A stretch of 35,780 bases of DNA from Planctomycetota bacterium (GTDB lineage Bacteria; Planctomycetota; Phycisphaerae; SM23-33), in assembly GCA_034190305.1 (NCBI GenBank), contig JAXHSV010000003.1:1-35780 (forward strand), given 5' to 3'. The notes beneath the pieces were generated by a model. That model had not been told where the DNA came from. It saw nothing but the letters and a program-made list of their open reading frames with translations, and did not search any database. Position numbers and translations under genes: made by a program. This document shows, piece by piece, positions 18,061-25,675 of the stretch. Numbering within the stretch: position 1 is the stretch's first letter; every line of letters begins with the position of its first letter.

Positions 18061-18827
18061 TGTCGGCAACGAACCCAATTGGAACGAACAAAGCGGTTCC
18101 CTCGAAAGCAGCGGTAAACTCCGCGCAAGGAGGCGATTCCGTCGGCGCCGACGGTCAGGATGTTCTTGCAGTTCCGTCGCACCAGGTGGAGTTCCTTCCG
18201 AAGTATATCCGGCATCAGCGCCGCCGGCGTCGCCGGCTTATTCGCCAGGGATATCTCCTGGTGGCGTGTTTGGTGGTCATGGGGATACTGACCTGCGTTC
18301 GCGCCGAACGGGCCGCACAGGCGCGCAACAACCTGGCAATGCTTGAAAAAAGCAGTAACAACCTGAAAAAACATGCAGCGAAGATAACGTCGCTGGAACG
18401 TCAGATGTCCGACCTGCTGATCAGGAAACAAATCAACGAGGAACTTGGCTGCCGAACTGATTGCACTGTCGTGCTGGCGGAATTGTGCCGGATAACGCCG
18501 CCGGGCATAGTCCTGGTCTCACTTGATTTGAAGACAGTTGGAGTCTCTGCTGAGGATTCGGAACAACCGTCGCCCGCCACCGGTCATCACGACTTGAAGC
18601 CGGGCGTTGTCGGGGAAAAGGGGCGCAAAGCCGACGCGGAAATCGCTCGGCGCGCTCGGATGGTAATTACCGGTCTGGCGCCTAATGACGTGGATGTAGC
18701 CAACTTCATCGGGCAACTCTCCGCCAGCACCCTCTTGGATAACGTGAACACGGATTATACCAGAACGGTTGTCTTTCGCGGGCAGTTGGTGCGTGAGTTT
18801 CAGACAAAATGCTACCTGGCCCGGTAA
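18057..18827 (+). CDS. pilN: PilN-like protein
   Basis: VEFLP (INLLP-like PilM-binding motif), Arg run, one TM helix, coiled coil, and ITGLA...VANFIGQL; ATGA overlap with pilM. Confidence 0.78.
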   Translation: MMSATNPIGTNKAVPSKAAVNSAQGGDSVGADGQDVLAVPSHQVEFLPKYIRHQRRRRRRLIRQGYLLVACLVVMGILTCVRAERAAQARNNLAMLEKSSNNLKKHAAKITSLERQMSDLLIRKQINEELGCRTDCTVVLAELCRITPPGIVLVSLDLKTVGVSAEDSEQPSPATGHHDLKPGVVGEKGRKADAEIARRARMVITGLAPNDVDVANFIGQLSASTLLDNVNTDYTRTVVFRGQLVREFQTKCYLAR

Positions 18828-18870
18828 TCCGGGCAGCGTAAAACAGAGTAAATTAGGGAGAATTATCGGC

Positions 18871-19479
18871 GTGTTCTTTTCACGCGACAACCTGAGGACC
18901 CCAAATCGCAATAAATCGCGATTTGGGGACTCCCTGATAGTCCTGGGGATTCTGGCGGTGATTACTACCACCTATTTTGCGGTTGTGTATCGCGCCCAGT
19001 CAGCCGTCGCCGAAAACATCTCCGCCCGGACCGCAGAGGTCAAAAACCTCCTCGAAACCGACGCCGCGCAGTCCTGTCGCGTTCCGCAGATGCTCCGTGA
19101 GATCAAACAGATGAAACATCGCTGTAACGAAAAAGACCTGAACCGGCGGCTAACCGAACGACAGGAACTGGAGGGTTTCCTCCACGAAATCACATCGGGG
19201 CTTTCCGGGGAAAAACTTTCCATCCGGTCAATCCATCCGGGAAATCCGTCCTCAAACCCACGTTATAACCGCCTCCCGATTACGCTGAAATTCGAAGGCG
19301 ATTTCCTGACTTTGGGGAGGTTCCTCAACCGGATCGATGATATGACCCGATTGACGCGAATCGAACGTTTGGCAATCAGTTCCGACCACAATAATGAAAA
19401 TCTCGAAATCGAAATGGGCATGAATATCTATTTCACGGAACAGCGAACGAAAACCGACCAAACGGGAGTTTGGAAATGA
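18871..19479 (+). CDS. pilO: PilO/GspM-like protein (start uncertain, ORF open from 18769)
   Basis: One TM helix, then LPITLKFEGDFLTLGRFLNRIDDMTRLTRIERL; GTG 18871 has AGGGAG upstream. Confidence 0.78.
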   Translation: MFFSRDNLRTPNRNKSRFGDSLIVLGILAVITTTYFAVVYRAQSAVAENISARTAEVKNLLETDAAQSCRVPQMLREIKQMKHRCNEKDLNRRLTERQELEGFLHEITSGLSGEKLSIRSIHPGNPSSNPRYNRLPITLKFEGDFLTLGRFLNRIDDMTRLTRIERLAISSDHNNENLEIEMGMNIYFTEQRTKTDQTGVWK

Positions 19480-20138
19480 ACGGCGCGAAGGTGAAACTCG
19501 CGGATTTCATAAGCCGGCTCAAGGCAGAGATACGGCAGGATAAGAAAAAGACAACCATGCTGGTAATTCTGCTGATAGTAACCGGTATCGTCGGCGGCAG
19601 GTTTGTTGTTACTCACGGTCCTGCCGACGACGCCTCCGGCGCCGCCCAAAGACTGATTTCCGATACTGGCGCCGGCGGGGGACGAAAAAGTGAGCGTCAA
19701 ATCCGACGGGTCGATCTCGCCTCAATGGATCGGACCATAAACCGCGATCTTTTCCGGCCCGACATCAAATATTTTCCGCCCGCCGACCAGGCCGATAAAC
19801 ATCCTGTTGCGAACCGGCCTGACCAGGCCCGGCAGATCGCTCAGGCCAAACAACCGGAACATCGACGTCCGACGGACCATGCCGGTTCGATTCGCGCCCG
19901 GGCGGAAGCGCTGAGCCTGACGTGCACCATGCTTGGTCGATCGCCGGCGGCATTAATAAACGGAAAAGTCCTTCGGGCCGGAGAGATGATAAACGGATTT
20001 CATCTCAAGTCCATCGCCTCCGACCACTGTATCGTCGCCGCCGAAGGCGTGGACGTAAAACTGCAAATGAGAAAAAAAGCGATCAGCGATCAGCGATCAG
20101 CGATCAGTAAAATCGCACAAAAAGAAGAAACAGATTAG
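19476..20138 (+). CDS. PilP/GspC-like protein
   Basis: N-terminal TM helix, RDLF (RDPF-like), and a C-terminal beta domain ALINGKVLRAGEMINGFHLKSI; position between pilO and the secretin; ATGA overlap. Confidence 0.65.
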   Translation: MNGAKVKLADFISRLKAEIRQDKKKTTMLVILLIVTGIVGGRFVVTHGPADDASGAAQRLISDTGAGGGRKSERQIRRVDLASMDRTINRDLFRPDIKYFPPADQADKHPVANRPDQARQIAQAKQPEHRRPTDHAGSIRARAEALSLTCTMLGRSPAALINGKVLRAGEMINGFHLKSIASDHCIVAAEGVDVKLQMRKKAISDQRSAISKIAQKEETD

Positions 20139-20193
20139 AACTCGGCATTCTTTTTATCTTTTGCTGATAGATGACAGCTGAATGCTGAATGCT
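20078..20193. repeat. Heptamer tandem repeat (AGCGATC)x4 with an imperfect inverted counterpart
   Basis: 20078-20105 is (AGCGATC)4; 20163-20193 is GCTGATA-GATGACA-GCTGAAT-GCTGAAT-GCT. Confidence 0.8.
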
Positions 20194-20298
20194 TTGTTGC
20201 CGACGGAGGCACAAAGAAATTGACAATAACGGGTACTGCTACAGAAGCGGATTCGCCCTGAGGGGCGGGGCGGGTCAACCTGAATAAGGAGCAAAGCG

Positions 20299-22224
20299 AT
20301 GAAAAAGATTACAGAATTACCTTCCGCATTGGTTTTGGCGTGCGTCACGACGGGTGGGCGTCTGTACCGACGAACGGGACGAGTAATCGCGCCGGCAGTT
20401 TTGGTGATACTGCTGGCCGCTGGTTTGGCCGTCGCCCAGCAGGCCGGTCCCGACACATCCAAACCTGCCGACAATAAAGTCAAATTCGACAGGAAAGGAG
20501 GCGTGGATGAACTCCATGTTCGAGGTGTGGACCTCTGTCAGGTTCTCCAGATGCTCAGCATCCCCAACAAGGTCAACATTATTACCAACAAAGAAGTCAG
20601 CGGAACAGTAACAGTCGATCTGTACAATGTAACATTCACAGAGGCCCTTGATGCGGTGTTGCGATCTGCGGGGTTTGAATACGTCCGCAAGGACAACTTC
20701 GTTTATGTGTACACGCCGAAACAGTTTGCGGAAATACTTGCAGCCGAACGCAAACTACAACTGGCGACGAAGGTCTTCAAACTCAATTACATCACAGCCG
20801 AGGACGCCAAGACCCTTATAAAACCGGCAATGAGCGAGGACGGCGCCATTGAGACGACTCCTGCCGCAGAGATAGGCGTGGTGTCGGACGCTGAAGACGC
20901 CGGTGGAAACGCACTGGCGACCGAAGACGTCCTGGTGGTGAAGGATTACCCCGAAAACCTCAAAAAAATCACCGCCATCCTCAGCCGGCTTGACGTCCGC
21001 CCTCAACAGATTCTTATCGAGACGACCATCCTGCGAGCATCGTTGACCGAAAACAACGCACTGGGTATTGATTTCAACGCATTGGCGGGTATCGACTTCC
21101 GCACGATGGGCTACACCAGCACCGACCTGACGGACCTGACACCCGGCGCCGTACCGGCAGCGGAACTGGACCGGCCTCGGGCAAACTTCAACACCGATTT
21201 CGCCGCAACCGTTCCTCCGGGCGGAGTTTCCATAGGGTTTGTCTATAACCAAGTCAGGGTGCTGCTTCGCGCGCTGGAAACCATTACGGACGTCGTCGTC
21301 TTGGCCAATCCTAAACTCCTGGTTATGAACAAGCAACGAGGTGAAGTCATGATCGGGAACAAGGACGGTTACCTGACTACGACCGTTACGGAAACAACCG
21401 CTACGCAGACAGTTGAATTCCTCGAAACCGGTACTCAACTGATCGTCAGGCCTTACATCGGAAGCGACGGTTACATCCGCCTTGAAATCCACCCGGAAGA
21501 CTCCACCGGCGGACTTACCGCGGATCGGTTGCCTTTCGAACAGACCACCGAGTGCACTTCCAATGTACTGGTCAAGGACGGACACACGATCGTCATCGGC
21601 GGGCTGTTCCGCGAACGCACCACCAGCGGACGGTCACAGGTGCCCGGACTGGGCAACATTCCCATCGCCGGCGTGCTGTTCCGCGAACGCTCCGACGCGA
21701 CAGTCCGCGAAGAGGTGATAATCCTTATCACCCCCCACATCATCAAGCATCCCACCGACGAGGCTGTCTCCGAACAGTACAAAGACGAGATAGACCACAT
21801 TCGCCTGGGACTGCGCAGGGAAATGATGTGGTTCGGTCGAAGCCGCCTGGCGCAGACCCAGATGCGATGGGCAAGACATCATCTCGCCGGAGGAAACCGC
21901 TCCAAGGCGCTGTGGGACCTGAACATGACACTGTCGCTTGAGCCGAGAATGTCCGAGGCAATCAGGCTCAAGGAGCGTCTGACAAAAGAGGCCATCTGGG
22001 CGCATGAACCGCGGAACTCCGACACCGGTTACGTCATTGAGCGGATGATCATGTCCGAAATAGGACAACCTCCCGAGAAGGTCATGGTTCCGCTCAAGCC
22101 CATGGATGGAATGCTCCTCGAGAAGGAAATTCGCGATGCCCTCGGAATAGGTCGGCGATTGGAACTGCCTTTGGAACAATCGGGCGGCGCTCCCGTCCCA
22201 CCTGCAACCAGGGCGAAGGAATAA
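20299..22224 (+). CDS. Outer-membrane secretin (PilQ/GspD family) with a C-terminal helical extension
   Basis: Signal peptide ending AVA|Q, STN/N-domains, LDVRPQQILIE, LANPKLLV, GTQLIVRP, VKDGHTIVIGGLF, VPGLGNIPIAGVLF and EVIILITPHII. Confidence 0.92.
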   Translation: MKKITELPSALVLACVTTGGRLYRRTGRVIAPAVLVILLAAGLAVAQQAGPDTSKPADNKVKFDRKGGVDELHVRGVDLCQVLQMLSIPNKVNIITNKEVSGTVTVDLYNVTFTEALDAVLRSAGFEYVRKDNFVYVYTPKQFAEILAAERKLQLATKVFKLNYITAEDAKTLIKPAMSEDGAIETTPAAEIGVVSDAEDAGGNALATEDVLVVKDYPENLKKITAILSRLDVRPQQILIETTILRASLTENNALGIDFNALAGIDFRTMGYTSTDLTDLTPGAVPAAELDRPRANFNTDFAATVPPGGVSIGFVYNQVRVLLRALETITDVVVLANPKLLVMNKQRGEVMIGNKDGYLTTTVTETTATQTVEFLETGTQLIVRPYIGSDGYIRLEIHPEDSTGGLTADRLPFEQTTECTSNVLVKDGHTIVIGGLFRERTTSGRSQVPGLGNIPIAGVLFRERSDATVREEVIILITPHIIKHPTDEAVSEQYKDEIDHIRLGLRREMMWFGRSRLAQTQMRWARHHLAGGNRSKALWDLNMTLSLEPRMSEAIRLKERLTKEAIWAHEPRNSDTGYVIERMIMSEIGQPPEKVMVPLKPMDGMLLEKEIRDALGIGRRLELPLEQSGGAPVPPATRAKE

Positions 22225-22309
22225 AAAGGTGTTTTTTTGGCTGAATTTGTCAATTTGGGAAAAATACGGAGATTAGGCAACCCCAGGCGTGATTCAGAAA
22301 GGATTGGAT

Positions 22310-23572
22310 ATGAAACATTATACGATATTACTGTTAGCGGTATCGGTACTGAGCGGCTGCAGCCTGATGCAAAAAGAAAAGGTCAAGTCATACAAGGAGT
22401 GGCACCAGGCCCGTTCCCGCATAATCTGTGGTATAGGCGAAGAGCACCTCAAGGCGGGAAGCCTCGATAAGGCCCAGTCCTGTGCTATGGAATCACTGAA
22501 CCTCAACAGCGATTACCTCCCCGCCAGGATACTTCTGGCGAAGACCCTGTTGGGCAACGGGCGTTACGAAGAGGCCGACGAACAACTGCAACACGCCGAA
22601 ACGCTCCGGCTGAGCCTGAAGAAAGACTCCTCCTCCGCCTCGCCGGGTGGAGCCGAGATTGCTTACCTTCGCGGCGAAGCCCTGGAAAGGACAGGTAAAT
22701 ATGCCGAAGCGTTGCAGTGCTACCAGAAGGCTCGCGCCCTGAACCCGTCCAACGATATGTATGTAATGGCGTCGGCGGAAGTTCTGGTTTCGATGGGCAA
22801 GCCCAGGGGCGCGCTGGAACTTCTGGAAGTCCGTCTTCAGCGAATTGGAGCCGGTGGCGAACCGTCGATGCTCGTTCTGGCAGGAGAAATTGCAATGTTG
22901 GCGGGCGATTACACACAAGCCGCCGATTTCTTCCAGCAGCGCCTCGACATGACACAAGACCACCATGCCGATAAATCAGGAAAGTCTGTTCGTGAATCGC
23001 TGGCCAAGGCGCATTTCTTTGCCGGTAATTACAGACAGGCAATCGAGTCGCTCAAACAGATTACCAACAATTTCGAATCGTCGCCTTGCTGGGTTCAGAT
23101 CATGATGGGCGACAGTTACATGGCGCTGAATCGCCCGCGCGACGCGAAGGCTGCGTATGAATCTGCCATAAAAATCGAACCCGACGACTGGCCGGTATGG
23201 CTGTCCCTCGCCAAGGCAGCCGTTGCCGACGGCGACACCCGTCGCGGAACCACCGCGGGTCTGCGAGCGATAGAACTGGTCGGCAACGACCGCACTACCA
23301 GCGGCGGAAATAAGGATCGCCTGGAAATATGTATAGTAACCGCCTACGCGATGCTGGCGGAAAACCGCCCGGAAGATGCAATGAAGGTTCTGGCAGGATC
23401 AGCAAAGGAGAATCCAAACGATCCGATGTTGTGGTGCATGTTGGGCAGGTGTTACTCGGCACAGGGACTCGGTGAACGCGCCGCTGCATGTTACATGGCG
23501 GCGTTGCGGGCGGATCCGGACAATCGACTGGCAAAAAACCTGTTAACTTGCCTCGATCGAAACAGGGATTAA
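22310..23572 (+). CDS. TPR-repeat lipoprotein (possible pilotin)
   Basis: Lipobox LSG|C after a short hydrophobic leader; many TPR-like units (for example GEALERTGKYAEALQCYQKARALNP). Confidence 0.82.
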   Translation: MKHYTILLLAVSVLSGCSLMQKEKVKSYKEWHQARSRIICGIGEEHLKAGSLDKAQSCAMESLNLNSDYLPARILLAKTLLGNGRYEEADEQLQHAETLRLSLKKDSSSASPGGAEIAYLRGEALERTGKYAEALQCYQKARALNPSNDMYVMASAEVLVSMGKPRGALELLEVRLQRIGAGGEPSMLVLAGEIAMLAGDYTQAADFFQQRLDMTQDHHADKSGKSVRESLAKAHFFAGNYRQAIESLKQITNNFESSPCWVQIMMGDSYMALNRPRDAKAAYESAIKIEPDDWPVWLSLAKAAVADGDTRRGTTAGLRAIELVGNDRTTSGGNKDRLEICIVTAYAMLAENRPEDAMKVLAGSAKENPNDPMLWCMLGRCYSAQGLGERAAACYMAALRADPDNRLAKNLLTCLDRNRD

Positions 23573-23726
23573 GCCACCCAAGTCCGACAGTCAGAAAAGT
23601 ATAAGAGGCTATAACTATGGCGGCCCGCCCCGCCTTCCGACGTTCCTGTGTCGCCGAATCTACGGAGCGCCGGCAATCTGGTGAAGGCGGTTAATTCGGT
23701 AATCCGGCGACTGATGGGAAAAGATT

Positions 23727-25208
23727 GTGACAACGGCTAAGCGAGTGGGTCTGGCAAGCGTGGTGTTGATTTCCCTCGGCGCCAGCGCAGCATACTACGC
23801 TACCACAATGGCTTTACGTGGATACCAGGTGCATACCCGAACACTGGGATACCTCGTTCTGGGCCTGATTGCTGCGCTGACTTGCCTGATCCTGGTGGTC
23901 TTCTGGCGAAATGTTCATCGCACCGTAAGCAGCATCGCAGATCAACTGGAGCAAATGGCCGATAAACGCCGGATCGGATTGCTGATGGTCAACGGCAGCG
24001 ATGAACTGGCCCAGATAACCGGCCCCTTGAACCATTTACTGGCCGTTATCAGGGATGAATTCGGACGACTCCGGTCCGAAAAACGAGAACTGCAAATCCA
24101 GTCCCGCATTGCCGGAGCCGAAAAGCAACACACCGAGGCGATCGTTTTTTCCATCTCCGACGCGGTTATCGTTACCAATCGTTTCGACGAGATAATCCTC
24201 GCCAACGCATCGGCTGAAAAACTGATGGGCTTCAGCCTGAAGCACAGCATGAGGAAAAACATAGATCATGTAATCCACGACGGTACACTGGTGAGGCTGA
24301 TACGCGAGACCCGCAGCGGCGGATACAGCGAGGCGTCGACGACAGAACACGATGACCGGAAGCCCTGTTTTACGCGCAAGGTGGTCGAGCATACCATCGA
24401 CCAGAAAGGCCAACCAAGGACCTTCAACGCGACCCTTTCCTGTGTAATGACACCCGAAGGGAAAGTCTCCGGCGTTGTGGCCGTCTTGCACGACGTAACG
24501 CGCGAGAGGGAAATATCGCAGATGAAAACGGATTTCGTCTCCAGCGTCTCGCACGAACTTCGTACACCACTATCGTCGATCAAGGCGTATGTGGAGATGC
24601 TCCTTGACGGTGAGGCCGGCGATGAAAAAACGCAGCGTGAGTTCCACGAGATAATCGCCGGCGAGACGGACCGCCTCAATCGCCTTATCGAGAATATACT
24701 CAATATTTCGCGGATAGAGTCCGGCGTCGTCCGAGTTGTCCGCGAATCGATGAGCCTGACTGAAGTATCCAGGCAGGCGCTGGACGTGGTGGCTCCACAG
24801 GCTAAAGTCAAGAACATCACGTTGGTCGAACGCCTGGCGCCGATTTGTTACCAGGTAGAGGCCGACAGGGACATGATCTACCAGGTAGTACTTAATCTGA
24901 CTGGTAACGCCATCAAATACACCCCCGCCGGCGGGACGGTAACCGTCTCAACGAGCATTGATGAACACCGTGGTATGGCAGTCTGCGAAGTTGCCGATAC
25001 GGGCGTCGGAATCGACAGCGAAGACCTTCCCCGCATCTTTGAGAAGTTCTACCGAGCAGAAGGGCATACAAAAATGGCTAAAGGGACGGGGCTGGGACTG
25101 ACCCTGGTCAAACACATTATTGAATCGGTGCACAATGGAAAATTGTCGGTTACCAGCGAAATCGGCGTCGGTAGCACGTTCAGTTTCGAGTTGCCGATTT
25201 TGCAATAA
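23727..25208 (+). CDS. Membrane sensor histidine kinase (2 TM, HAMP-like, PAS, HisKA, HATPase)
   Basis: SISDAVIVTN...ANASAE PAS pattern, H-box VSHELRTPL, N-box NAIKYT, DTGVGI, IFEKFYR and GTGLGL. Confidence 0.93.
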   Translation: MTTAKRVGLASVVLISLGASAAYYATTMALRGYQVHTRTLGYLVLGLIAALTCLILVVFWRNVHRTVSSIADQLEQMADKRRIGLLMVNGSDELAQITGPLNHLLAVIRDEFGRLRSEKRELQIQSRIAGAEKQHTEAIVFSISDAVIVTNRFDEIILANASAEKLMGFSLKHSMRKNIDHVIHDGTLVRLIRETRSGGYSEASTTEHDDRKPCFTRKVVEHTIDQKGQPRTFNATLSCVMTPEGKVSGVVAVLHDVTREREISQMKTDFVSSVSHELRTPLSSIKAYVEMLLDGEAGDEKTQREFHEIIAGETDRLNRLIENILNISRIESGVVRVVRESMSLTEVSRQALDVVAPQAKVKNITLVERLAPICYQVEADRDMIYQVVLNLTGNAIKYTPAGGTVTVSTSIDEHRGMAVCEVADTGVGIDSEDLPRIFEKFYRAEGHTKMAKGTGLGLTLVKHIIESVHNGKLSVTSEIGVGSTFSFELPILQ

Positions 25209-25213
25209 AAAGC

Positions 25214-25283
25214 AGGGACTTGGGACTTGGGACTAGGGACTTGGAAAAGAAAATCCACAATCCGCAATCCGCAATCCGCAATC
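25214..25283 (+). repeat. Two heptamer tandem arrays, (GGGACTW)x4 and (AATCCRC)x4, over the response-regulator start
   Basis: GGGACTT-GGGACTT-GGGACTA-GGGACTT followed by AATCCAC-AATCCGC-AATCCGC-AATCCGC-AATCG. Confidence 0.8.
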
Positions 25284-25675
25284 GAAAAGTACTGGTGGCC
25301 GACGACGAAGCGCACATTCGGCACGTGGTTAAAATAAAACTGACTCAAGCCGGATACGAGGTCCTTACCGCAATGGACGGGGAAGAGGCCCTCGAACTGG
25401 CCATAACCGAAAAACCTGACGTAATTATCACAGATTATCAGATGCCTTACATGAGCGGCCTGGAGTTGTGCACGCACCTGCGGAAAAATGAACCGACCAA
25501 AGATATACCGATACTGATGCTTACAGCCCGCGGGTTCGACATCACCGAACATGAAATGGCGGAGGTGGGGATACGCGGCGTGCTAAGCAAACCCTTCAGC
25601 CCTCGTGAAGCGCTGCGAAGAGTGCAGAATTTTCTGAAGACCACCGGTCAGGATGATCTGACGGAGACCGCGTAA
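25220..25675 (+). CDS. Single-domain response regulator (receiver); TTG start at 25220 or 25241
   Basis: VLVADDE, PDVIITDYQMPYMSG, MLTA and KPF motifs; no output domain. Confidence 0.9.
   Translation: MGLGTRDLEKKIHNPQSAIRNRKVLVADDEAHIRHVVKIKLTQAGYEVLTAMDGEEALELAITEKPDVIITDYQMPYMSGLELCTHLRKNEPTKDIPILMLTARGFDITEHEMAEVGIRGVLSKPFSPREALRRVQNFLKTTGQDDLTETA

Noticed and set aside
23617-23694. 25-codon ORF (MAARPAFRRS...) upstream of the histidine kinase as a leader peptide
   Set aside because: No telling codon bias or attenuator structure; could be chance.
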